Virus record (IMG/VR): IMGVR_UViG_3300037010_000544
Location: 1-33,884 of that record
Source: a virus
Lineage: Duplodnaviria > Caudoviricetes
Length of the DNA stretch: 33,884 bases
Reading direction: 5' to 3' (one strand)
Shown here: positions 26,262 through 33,884 of the stretch, one piece after another
How positions within the stretch are numbered: position 1 is the stretch's first letter
How the letters are laid out: every line of letters begins with the position of its first letter
Program-made: the position numbers and the translations under genes
The notes under the pieces: generated by a model
What the model saw: only the letters and a program-made list of their open reading frames with translations
Told to the model about the DNA's origin: nothing
Database searches by the model: none

Positions 26262-26447
26262 ATGGCAACGAAACCAGCGTTTTTGTTTGGCAAAGGGAAG
26301 AAAGGCCCGGCTGAAAAGTCTGAGCCCAAAAAAGGTGAAATGAAGGAACTCAAGTTGTCACCCGGTGCCCGTAAGAAGGCCGAGGCCAATGAGGCAATGA
26401 CTCCCGCCTTCAAAAAAGGTGGCCCCGTTAAATCCAAGAAATGTTAA
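26262..26447 (+). CDS. Small Lys-rich protein
   Basis: MATKPAFLFGKGKK...FKKGGPVKSKKC; AGGAG SD. Confidence 0.75.
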   Translation: MATKPAFLFGKGKKGPAEKSEPKKGEMKELKLSPGARKKAEANEAMTPAFKKGGPVKSKKC

Positions 26448-26459
26448 GGAGAAGTTGGT

Positions 26460-26669
26460 ATGTCAAGACGTGAGGAACTATCGGTAAATACACTTATCAC
26501 CCCCACGGGCGCGCGCCGCTCTTACGGCCCTGCGGCACCTACCACTGGTAATTGGGGCGTAGGTGATACCGTTATCAATACCGCCCCTACCGCAGGCGGA
26601 GTTTATTGCTGGGTCTGCGTAACGGCTGGCACTCCAGGAACTTGGAAGTCGGTTGCTATCGCGGCCTAA
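26460..26669 (+). CDS. Small protein consisting of a fibre C-terminal-type motif
   Basis: APTTGNWGVGDTVINTAPTAGGVYCWVCVTAGTPGTW; AAGGAG SD. Confidence 0.75.
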   Translation: MSRREELSVNTLITPTGARRSYGPAAPTTGNWGVGDTVINTAPTAGGVYCWVCVTAGTPGTWKSVAIAA

Positions 26670-26896
26670 TGATTAAGCCGAACGAACCCGTGCTGGGGAG
26701 GCTATATGCTATCCGGCACGACACGGAACTAACCAACTGGCTATCCGCCAGTCTGGAAGCGTACCGCGATTCAGCGGTGATGCAGCGCGACGAAACAGAG
26801 CTGCGAATCATTCAGGGGAAGGCCCAAGTTCTGAAAGAGATACTGGAACTGATAGCCAAGTCCCCTGAGACAATCGACAAATTACGGAGAGCCTGA
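26669..26896 (+). CDS. Conserved small protein between portal and scaffold
   Basis: Start MIKPNE at a TAATG overlap; ELRIIQGKAQVLKEIL motif. Confidence 0.75.
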   Translation: MIKPNEPVLGRLYAIRHDTELTNWLSASLEAYRDSAVMQRDETELRIIQGKAQVLKEILELIAKSPETIDKLRRA

Positions 26897-26949
26897 ATGT
26901 ACTGCACCCTTTCTGGGAGAGCATGTACCGGCACCGATAGGAGATAGTT

Positions 26950-27918
26950 GTGAACCCTTCGAAGTTAGCAGAGATGGAAGCAGAAGCAGATCGTGTAATT
27001 CAGGACTTGCATACGGCCAATAATGCCGAGCCAGTCGTGGAAAGCGAAGCCGCTAACACCCCTGAACTGGTGCAGCCAATTGACGACCAGGGCGTTTCTG
27101 ACGCTAAAACAATTGCAGACAGTTCCGCCAATAATGGGGAACTGGACAAGCTAAGAGAAGAATTGAGCACCTCCGAGCAACGGTATCGCACGTTGACTGG
27201 AATGATTGAAGCGCGCAACAGGGAAAACGACTCGCTTCGTGCCCTTGTCGCACAGCTTACACAGTCCGTAGAGCAGCTTAAAGCAAGCGCTCAGACCCAA
27301 CCCGCTGCGGCCCCCTTGGTCAGTTCTGCTGACGAAGAGGCTTTTGGCGGAGACCTGATCGACGTAATGCGCCGGGTGGCACAAGAAACTGCCGCTAAGG
27401 AGCTTGCGAAATTGAAAGGTGAAGTTGGTGCGAACATCGAGCAGCTTAACCGGCAAGTAAATACAGTGGCGGAAGCCACCGTGACTTCAGCGGTAGAGCG
27501 GTTCGAAAGCAAGCTGGATTCGGCGGTTCCTAATTGGCGTGAGATCAACCTTGAGCCAGGGTTTACTGCATGGCTAAACGAGTACGGTATGTTGGAGCCG
27601 CTCAATGCGGCGTATAGCAATATGGATTTGGCTAAGACAGCCAAGTTTTTTAATGGTTATCTGAAGTTTACAGGCGCAGCACGCACAGCCCCGGTGAAAC
27701 CAACCACGGCAGCAAGCGCAGCCAACTTCGTGGCCCCTGGCAAATCCAAGGCTACTCCTGCACCAGCAGATACCCCAACCGGGAAAATCTGGACTGCGGC
27801 AGACATTAACCGTCTATATGAAGACCATCGTACTGGCAGGCTCACGCCGGAGAAGTTTCAGTCTCTCGAAGCAGACCTATTCAAAGCGCAGTCAGAAGGG
27901 CGGTTTACCCGTGGGTAG
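26950..27918 (+). CDS. Scaffolding protein
   Basis: Acidic coiled coil, VPNWREIN..FTAWL, C-terminal AQSEGR; directly upstream of the capsid gene; AGGAG SD. Confidence 0.75.
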   Translation: MNPSKLAEMEAEADRVIQDLHTANNAEPVVESEAANTPELVQPIDDQGVSDAKTIADSSANNGELDKLREELSTSEQRYRTLTGMIEARNRENDSLRALVAQLTQSVEQLKASAQTQPAAAPLVSSADEEAFGGDLIDVMRRVAQETAAKELAKLKGEVGANIEQLNRQVNTVAEATVTSAVERFESKLDSAVPNWREINLEPGFTAWLNEYGMLEPLNAAYSNMDLAKTAKFFNGYLKFTGAARTAPVKPTTAASAANFVAPGKSKATPAPADTPTGKIWTAADINRLYEDHRTGRLTPEKFQSLEADLFKAQSEGRFTRG

Positions 27919-27964
27919 CAGCAGACTGCGGTAGTATCTTTTAACGTATTGAAGGAGATTTACA

Positions 27965-28885
27965 ATGGCATTTCCAACCGTTGCGGGAACCCCGAGTTAT
28001 TCGGGTACGTTTATCCCGGAGATTTGGTCCTCCAAACTTCAGGCCAAATACTACGATGCCACCGTTCTGGCGCAGATTACCAACCATGATTGGGAAGGTG
28101 AAATCAAGGGGCAAGGCGATAAAGTCAAGATTCGCACTATCCCTACCCTCACCATCAGCGATTACGTGTCGGGCCAGACTCTGGCTTTGCAGCGTCCTAC
28201 CAGTAACAACATTGAGCTGCTTATCGACAAGGGTAAGAGCTGGTCTGTGATCCTCGACGATATTCAGCATGTGCAGCAAGACCTCAACGCCATGAACATC
28301 TGGACTGCGGACGCTGCAGAGCAGATGAAGATCGCCGTCGATACCGACGTGCTCGGTGCTCTTACCCCCGATGTGGCCGCTACCAATAAGGGCGCAACTG
28401 CCGGGCGTCTGTCCGGCAACATCAATCTGGGTGCTACCGGCGCCCCCCTGGCTATGACCAAGGTTAATGTCATTGATTCTATCGTTGACTTGGGCCTGGT
28501 GCTGGATGAGCAGAATGTTCCTGAGACTGGACGCTGGATCGTTATCCCTACGTGGATGGCGGCCCTGCTTAAAAAATCTGACCTGAAGGATGCATCGTTG
28601 ACTGGTGACGGTTCTTCTGTGTTGCGTAATGGTCGTCTCGGAACCATTGATCGTTTCACGATTTACTCGTCCAACCTGCTGCCGCGTGTAACCGATGGTT
28701 CTGTGCAAGCGTACACCATGTACGCCGGCACCCGCGACGCTATCTCGTTCGCTACTCAGCTTACCAAGGTAGAAACCCTGCGCGCTGAGAGCACTTTCGG
28801 TGATATCATGCGCGGCCTGAACGTGTATGGTTACAAGGTCACCAAACCGGAAGCCATCGCCGCGATGTACGCCTACAAAGCGTAA
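27965..28885 (+). CDS. Major capsid protein
   Basis: FIPEIWSSKL...WEGEIKGQGDKVKI...NVPETGRWIVI...LRNGRLGTIDRF...FGDIMRGLNVYGYKV; strong SD and biased codons. Confidence 0.92.
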   Translation: MAFPTVAGTPSYSGTFIPEIWSSKLQAKYYDATVLAQITNHDWEGEIKGQGDKVKIRTIPTLTISDYVSGQTLALQRPTSNNIELLIDKGKSWSVILDDIQHVQQDLNAMNIWTADAAEQMKIAVDTDVLGALTPDVAATNKGATAGRLSGNINLGATGAPLAMTKVNVIDSIVDLGLVLDEQNVPETGRWIVIPTWMAALLKKSDLKDASLTGDGSSVLRNGRLGTIDRFTIYSSNLLPRVTDGSVQAYTMYAGTRDAISFATQLTKVETLRAESTFGDIMRGLNVYGYKVTKPEAIAAMYAYKA

Positions 28886-28896
28886 TGTGATAATAT

Positions 28897-28918
28897 AGGG
28901 AGTAGTTAGCTACTCCCT
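28897..28918 (+). other. Stem-loop after the capsid gene
   Basis: AGGGAGTAG-TTAG-CTACTCCCT, no U-tract. Confidence 0.6.
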
Positions 28919-28937
28919 GCTCAAAGGAGATTCAGAT

Positions 28938-29411
28938 ATGACGACTATTGTAAACTACGGCGGCCCGAACCAGCGCCCTATTGTGTCCTACAGCGGGTCC
29001 AACGCTGCCGGTTTTCCGGCCCCGGTTGTGGTTGAAGGCTTCCTCGACTGCACCCGAACCTCGGTGCCTATGGCTCAGAATGATGTGGCTGAGGTTCTTT
29101 CCATCCCCGCCGGTACGTTCATCCAAGGCGTAGTATGGGAAGTGGAAGTTGTTGAAGGCGCCGCACGTAACTTCGCGGTGGGTGACGGCGTTAATACGTC
29201 TGGTTTTGTGCCGTCTACTTCGGCTAATTCGCTTGGCTCTGGTTGCACCGCGCTGACGTTGACCGAAGGTACGCCCAATACCGTTACGGGCTACACCGCC
29301 GGTAAATACTATGCCGCTGCCGACACCATCGACGTGCTGGCTGTAACTGCTGGCGGCCTGACCGGGGCCAAGATTCGCCTGAAAGCCTTTGGCTGGACGA
29401 TCGGTCTGTAA
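28938..29411 (+). CDS. Capsid decoration / cement-like protein
   Basis: 157 aa after the capsid gene; IPAGTFI...VGDG...GKYYAAADTIDV. Confidence 0.65.
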   Translation: MTTIVNYGGPNQRPIVSYSGSNAAGFPAPVVVEGFLDCTRTSVPMAQNDVAEVLSIPAGTFIQGVVWEVEVVEGAARNFAVGDGVNTSGFVPSTSANSLGSGCTALTLTEGTPNTVTGYTAGKYYAAADTIDVLAVTAGGLTGAKIRLKAFGWTIGL

Positions 29412-29421
29412 CACACCCGCT

Positions 29422-29437
29422 AGGGGCTTCGGCCCCT
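29422..29437 (+). other. cUUCGg tetraloop hairpin (stability element or weak terminator)
   Basis: AGGGGC-TTCG-GCCCCT, no clear U-tract. Confidence 0.65.
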
Positions 29438-29471
29438 GGCCCCTGCCCCCTAATTCCTTGAGGACGATACT

Positions 29472-29699
29472 ATGGCAATGCTCCGACACAAACCCACAGG
29501 CGATCTCTACATAAGTACCCCCGCTTTGTTGGCACGCGGTGATATGGAAGTTGTTGCAGAAGAAGTTGTTGCAGAAGAAGTTGTTGCAGAAGAAGTTGTT
29601 GCAGGAGAAGAAGAAAACAAAATTGAAGCTGCACGCGGCAAAAAGAAAGCCGCCGATGAGGACGTTGACCTCGATGCTCTGCTTGATGCCCACGAATAA
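29472..29699 (+). CDS. Small acidic hypothetical protein
   Basis: 75 aa, GAGGA SD, (EVVAE)4. Confidence 0.8.
   Translation: MAMLRHKPTGDLYISTPALLARGDMEVVAEEVVAEEVVAEEVVAGEEENKIEAARGKKKAADEDVDLDALLDAHE
29547..29606 (+). repeat. 15-bp in-frame tandem repeat x4
   Basis: gaagttgttgcagaa x3 plus gaagttgttgcagga. Confidence 0.95.
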
Positions 29700-30358
29700 T
29701 GCTCGGCGCTGACCTTCTCGATACTATTCGCATCGACATGCTGCGCGACATTGCGCAGCCTTACCTATGGTCTGACGACCTGATCTACCGCTACCTCAAT
29801 GAAGCCCAAGAGCGTTTCTGCCGCCGGACTTACGCACTGCTGGACGATGAATCTGATCTCACGACATTCGATACCGAAGTTGGCGTAAGTAGCTACGGTT
29901 TAGACCCAAAGATTTTGATGGTAAACTCAGCGCGCATCGTTACAGAACCTAACGATTTGCTCAGCCGCACACGCCAAGTAATACCTACCCACCTAGCTGA
30001 TAGTACCGGCATTCCATTGCTGTTTACTCAGGACGAAGCCCAAGGGAAAATTAGGCTGTACCCCGTGCCGGATAAGGTCTACACGATTGTTATGCGCGTT
30101 TCTCGCCTTCCTCTGACCAAGATATCCGACACAGTAGCTCCCGAGATTCCGGAACAGTACCATTTGGATTTAGCTGAGTTTGCGGTCTATCGCTGCTTGA
30201 ATAACAACGACCCGGACGGTAGCAACGTCAACGCCGCCCAGAATTTCCTGAAAACGTGGTCTCAGCGTCTACTAGAAGCTAACCGCGAATATTACAGAAC
30301 ACGACTAAACAATAACCCAATGGTTCGGCAGAACTGGACGGGAAAACAACCGAGGTGA
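29699..30358 (+). CDS. Head-tail adaptor protein
   Basis: PYLWSDDLIYRYLNEAQERFCRRT...IRLYPVPD...PEIPEQYH pattern. Confidence 0.75.
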   Translation: MLGADLLDTIRIDMLRDIAQPYLWSDDLIYRYLNEAQERFCRRTYALLDDESDLTTFDTEVGVSSYGLDPKILMVNSARIVTEPNDLLSRTRQVIPTHLADSTGIPLLFTQDEAQGKIRLYPVPDKVYTIVMRVSRLPLTKISDTVAPEIPEQYHLDLAEFAVYRCLNNNDPDGSNVNAAQNFLKTWSQRLLEANREYYRTRLNNNPMVRQNWTGKQPR

Positions 30359-30366
30359 GGTAGCAT

Positions 30367-32235
30367 ATGGGCGACTCATACATATACCCTGGACGCGCGC
30401 TGCAAGCAGGCGGCGGTATGCGTCCTATATCGGATATATCGGATTTATTTACTATAGAGGATACACCTAGACCGGCGGTGCAATCTGCGCCGCAGGCACA
30501 GTCTCCTCGCCCTGCTGTAGGAGGTGCATCGGGTACGTGGGATGCCCCTGTTGTAGGGGGTACATCTGGTACATCTGGTACATCTGGTACATCTGGTACA
30601 TCTGGTACATCTGGTACATCTGGTACATCTGGTACAAGAAACACTCCTGCGCAACCAAGCCCATCGGCGGTGCCAACTACCCAGCCTTTTAGCGCGCCTA
30701 ACGCTGATCGTTATCGTGATATTGCGGACAACCCAAATGGGGGCAACGCCACCAACGCACAATGGAATCAGGCCGCTGCCGACTGGAAAAACGTACTGCC
30801 GGGTCAATCTATCAATGACTACCGCCAAGGCAACCCCGGCGCGATACAGAATCTAAACGTCAGTCCCGCTTCGGGCAACTATAACCCGGATAACGTTCGC
30901 GCTCAGCGCGACCAGGATGCCTATTGGGGGGCGCAGCGTATGCTGGCTAATGCACAGTCCCCGTATGAAAGAAATATGGCTCTGACCGCGCTTAACAACC
31001 TGCGGGCTAATGATGTAGCGCTGCGGGGGCAGGACGTTACCCAATATGGGTACAATCAAGCTCGTGGAACGGAGCAGGATCGCATCGCAGGATTGCAACG
31101 TCTCCAAGATACTAACCCAATGCTGCCGGCTAATGCATATGATGCCATCGCACGTGGGGCACTAAATACATCTCAAGCGCAAGGTCTTGATCTGTCGAAC
31201 CAATATACTCAATCTCTGAATGCGCTGAAGCAGCGCATTATGAGCGATCCGAATCCTAAAACACGCGAGGAGGGGTTGACGCACCTTCAGCAACTGATAT
31301 ACGCAAGCCTGCCGCCGGTCGCAATCAAACAGTATGCGCCGGGAACAGGCTTACCCGAGAGTGAATCTCTCGTCCCCGCGACCGCTGCTCTTAACTCTAC
31401 GTACCAGCGCGCCCCAAGCAGTACCCCGCCTACGAGCCGCGAGCAAATGCTGCGAGACCCGGTATTTCTCAGTAAAACACCCGAGCAGCAAAAAATACTC
31501 TTGGACACTGTAAAATTCGCTGAAGGCGGCCCCATCGGTTACGCTCAAGGCGGCGCAATCCAGAACCCAGCACAAGACCCCATGCAGCAGGTTCACCCAC
31601 TGGTTAGCGAGTACCGGCGCTATGCGGTTATGGCGCAGCAGATGGGGGCTACGCCGGTGTCGTTCGAGGACTTCGGCGCGTTGAGACAGGCAGCAGTTGC
31701 GCAGCAGAGCCAGCCGCAGAGCCCCTATGGTGGAGCGGTTGCACCGCAGAATCAGCCGCAGAGTTTCTCCGATGGAGGCGCCGTATGGAACGACCAGCCC
31801 GTTGACGGTTACGCCGACGGCGGTGGAGTAGCTGGTTGGCTGCGCGAGAAGTTCATGCCGCAGACAACGGCAGCTATACGGGGCGATAACCTACAGCGGC
31901 AGATAGACCAGCAGACTGCCCCACAGCGCGTTGCGTATGTTCCGCCGAACCAACCTACGGCGGAGGTGCATTCCTCTGATCCTGAAACAGAAGCATTGCT
32001 TCGCAAGTACAAAAACGTGGGCTACTCCAGTGGAGGTGCGATCCCCGTAGGGGGGAGCCAAGTACTAGGTCCTGGAGACGGTAAATCTGATTCAATCCCT
32101 GCGGTGATTGACGGACATCGTCCTGCTGCGCTGAGCACAGGCGAGTTCGTTATGCCCGTCGAAACTGTGCGTCATTTCGGCCTAGACCGTTTGAGAAAAA
32201 TGGTGGAAGCCTCCCGTAAACCTCAAGGGAACTAA
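30367..32235 (+). CDS. Internal virion / ejection protein candidate
   Basis: 622 aa low-complexity Q/N/A-rich; five (F/Y)xxGG motifs; C-terminal GPGDGKSDSIPA...LSTGEFVMP domain. Confidence 0.65.
   Translation: MGDSYIYPGRALQAGGGMRPISDISDLFTIEDTPRPAVQSAPQAQSPRPAVGGASGTWDAPVVGGTSGTSGTSGTSGTSGTSGTSGTSGTRNTPAQPSPSAVPTTQPFSAPNADRYRDIADNPNGGNATNAQWNQAAADWKNVLPGQSINDYRQGNPGAIQNLNVSPASGNYNPDNVRAQRDQDAYWGAQRMLANAQSPYERNMALTALNNLRANDVALRGQDVTQYGYNQARGTEQDRIAGLQRLQDTNPMLPANAYDAIARGALNTSQAQGLDLSNQYTQSLNALKQRIMSDPNPKTREEGLTHLQQLIYASLPPVAIKQYAPGTGLPESESLVPATAALNSTYQRAPSSTPPTSREQMLRDPVFLSKTPEQQKILLDTVKFAEGGPIGYAQGGAIQNPAQDPMQQVHPLVSEYRRYAVMAQQMGATPVSFEDFGALRQAAVAQQSQPQSPYGGAVAPQNQPQSFSDGGAVWNDQPVDGYADGGGVAGWLREKFMPQTTAAIRGDNLQRQIDQQTAPQRVAYVPPNQPTAEVHSSDPETEALLRKYKNVGYSSGGAIPVGGSQVLGPGDGKSDSIPAVIDGHRPAALSTGEFVMPVETVRHFGLDRLRKMVEASRKPQGN
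30559..30636 (+). repeat. 9-bp in-frame tandem repeat x8.7
   Basis: ggtacatct x8 plus ggtaca, encodes (GTS)8. Confidence 0.97.
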
Positions 32236-32238
32236 GAT

Positions 32239-33884
32239 ATGGGTGACTGGACGGATGCGTACCTTAAGCCTGCGGCTACTAACGACGCGCCTGCCGGTGA
32301 CTGGACGGATGCGTACCTTAAGCCTGCGGCTACCAAGGTAGGTGCGTTATCCGACATCGCGCAGGCAGTTCCCGCTGAAGGTCGGCGCCTTGGAAGGTCA
32401 GTTCTAAATCTAGGCGCATCGCTGGGCGGTGCGCTCGGTCTGGTGAACGACGATACCGCTGCGGGTATCGTTCACGACAACATGAAGGCCAATGAAGCTG
32501 ACAACTACCAGGCGAGAACCACAGCAGGCAAGGTCGCTCAGGGGCTAACTCACATGGCCCCGGCTATTGCGATGGGTATTGCCAACCCCATAGCGGGTCT
32601 AGGTGCTTTTGCCGCACAGGGTGCGTGGGATGCGGGCACCGGCGCCATTGACCAAGGTGACAGCTTGCGTAATGCCCAGCTCAAGGCTGTCGGGCAAGGT
32701 GCGCTAAACTCAGCCCTAGGTGAAGTCGTAGGTGGTAGCGGAAACGCAGTTCTGTCCAAGCTCCCATATGTCGGTAATGTATTTGCTCCGGCTGCAGCGG
32801 ATACGGCTGGCGCGATAGGTAAGCGGATGGTTCAGGGCGCCGGGACTATGGCGGCTTTCAAACCCGCTGGTACAGCCATTGACTACGCGGCAGACTTGGC
32901 TACTGGCGAAAATAACGGCGCGCAACGTGACTGGCTTCCCAATGCGGCTGACCTGGCTACAGGTGCCTTGATGGGCGTGCCGCACGCTGCGATGGAGTAC
33001 CGTGCCCGTAATAATGTACCTACCGGCGTAACACCGCTGGCTGACGGCTCGTCGATCATGACGCACGAAAACGGTTCGCTGTTTTCATCTCCCACAGCGT
33101 CTGACGCATTTATCAAGATTAACGGTCTGAGTGCTGCGGAGTCTGTCCCAGTCACTGAAAGGATGTTCGACCCCGAAGCCAAAACCGATAATATAGTCGG
33201 CTACGGTGTACGGGTTAACGCTACCCCAGCCATCACCGTGCCTAAGCCACCGGAGGCGCAGCCCGCGGGTGCCAACATACCGGGAACTCCTGGGTTTGAC
33301 ATGGCCCGTTATATGGCCGATAAGATACGCGCCGAACGTACTCAACCCCCCGCGCAGCCTGTAGCGCCCGATATTCCACCAGAGTTGCAGCCGAAGGACT
33401 TGGTTGCTGGTACTGATACCCAGAACCCCGAACCGACGCCATCTGAGCCTATCGTTCCGCCGGAGTCGCAGCCCGTGAGTGCTAACGTACCTGGCACCCC
33501 TGGGTTCGACATGGCTCGCTACATGGCCGACATAATACATGGTGAACGTACCCAAGCCCCCGCGCAGCCTGTAGTATCCGATATTCCGCCAGAGCTACAG
33601 CCGAAAGACTTGGTTGCGCCAAAAGCGTCCACAGCAGAGAAGACAGAACCCGCCACGGTTCAACCGGAACCACCCGCACCAGGCGAGGTCATCGCATCAC
33701 CCGCAGCACAGCCGGTTGCTGCTGCGGAATCACCTGCGCCAGCTGTCTCCCCGCTATTCGAAGATATGGGGATCAAGCCGAACAAGAAGAACGCTGACAT
33801 CGTAGCCCGCGCCGATGCGCTACGGGCGAGTAACCCGGAGGTAGACCTTACCGACGTAGGCGTAGCATTGGCGAAGTACAAGTA
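32239..33884 (+). CDS. Large internal virion / ejection protein, 3' truncated by the window
   Basis: MGDWTDAYLKPAATNDAPAGDWTDAYLKPAATK...; frame appears open to the window end; Ala/Gly-rich amphipathic region then Pro-rich repeats. Confidence 0.8.
   Translation, partial: MGDWTDAYLKPAATNDAPAGDWTDAYLKPAATKVGALSDIAQAVPAEGRRLGRSVLNLGASLGGALGLVNDDTAAGIVHDNMKANEADNYQARTTAGKVAQGLTHMAPAIAMGIANPIAGLGAFAAQGAWDAGTGAIDQGDSLRNAQLKAVGQGALNSALGEVVGGSGNAVLSKLPYVGNVFAPAAADTAGAIGKRMVQGAGTMAAFKPAGTAIDYAADLATGENNGAQRDWLPNAADLATGALMGVPHAAMEYRARNNVPTGVTPLADGSSIMTHENGSLFSSPTASDAFIKINGLSAAESVPVTERMFDPEAKTDNIVGYGVRVNATPAITVPKPPEAQPAGANIPGTPGFDMARYMADKIRAERTQPPAQPVAPDIPPELQPKDLVAGTDTQNPEPTPSEPIVPPESQPVSANVPGTPGFDMARYMADIIHGERTQAPAQPVVSDIPPELQPKDLVAPKASTAEKTEPATVQPEPPAPGEVIASPAAQPVAAAESPAPAVSPLFEDMGIKPNKKNADIVARADALRASNPEVDLTDVGVALAKYK
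32242..32333 (+). repeat. 38-bp exact direct repeat, 54-bp period
   Basis: ggtgactggacggatgcgtaccttaagcctgcggctac at 32242 and 32296. Confidence 0.95.
33250..33617 (+). repeat. Diverged in-frame duplication (~158 bp, 210-bp period)
   Basis: AN(I/V)PGTPGFDMARYMAD...ERTQ.PAQPV..DIPPELQPKDLVA twice, with many synonymous differences. Confidence 0.95.

Larger units (their letters stand above)
1..33884. mobile_element. Tailed dsDNA bacteriophage genome segment (podovirus-like)
   Basis: Terminase, portal, scaffold, major capsid and lysis cassette are present; divergent early (minus) and late (plus) arms; no host housekeeping genes. Confidence 0.95.

Noticed and set aside
27941-29693. Long minus-strand ORFs 27941-28708 and 28932-29693
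   Set aside because: Antisense to the capsid and decoration genes; expected from biased codon usage, no SD or protein-like features.
32242-32333. 38-bp repeat as a CRISPR repeat
   Set aside because: Two copies with a 16-bp gap, in frame within a coding sequence.
33250-33617. Diverged repeat pair as a DGR template/variable repeat
   Set aside because: Differences are not adenine-specific, many are synonymous third-position changes, both copies are in one ORF, and no reverse transcriptase is present in the window.
1-33884. Prophage boundary, integrase or att site
   Set aside because: No recombinase, repressor or host genes in the window; lifestyle cannot be determined.

Overview
A 33.9-kb piece of a dsDNA tailed phage genome, most likely podovirus-like (no sheath, tube or classical tape-measure gene is recognisable), with a Gram-negative host implied by an Rz/Rz1 spanin pair. 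The left arm (<1-6172, minus strand) is a run of small early-type genes, including an M20/M28-type metallopeptidase, a 525-aa zinc-ribbon protein and three small SH3-like proteins sharing a C-terminal 'LF-x' end. It is interrupted by an ~600-bp origin-like region (4568-5153) with an AT-rich core, interleaved inverted repeats, 14 GTTAGC/GCTAAC boxes and three perfect IHF consensus sites. Between the first leftward gene and the terminase lies an ~600-nt, hairpin-dense non-coding stretch (6240-6830) that looks like a large structured RNA. Downstream of it, on the minus strand, three intrinsic terminators each sit immediately in front of a Shine-Dalgarno sequence, and two of them are covarying paralogues, which suggests an RNA-based attenuation or antitermination system (inference). 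The right arm (7097->33884, plus strand) is the late module in an unusual order: terS (apparently leaderless), terL, fibre/decoration genes, lysis cassette (holin, SAR-type lysozyme, Rz/Rz1), tail genes with an embedded GT2-like glycosyltransferase, portal, scaffold, major capsid, adaptor and large internal/ejection proteins. No integrase, reverse transcriptase, CRISPR array or tRNA was seen. All functional calls come from motif and context recognition by eye; no database searches were run.
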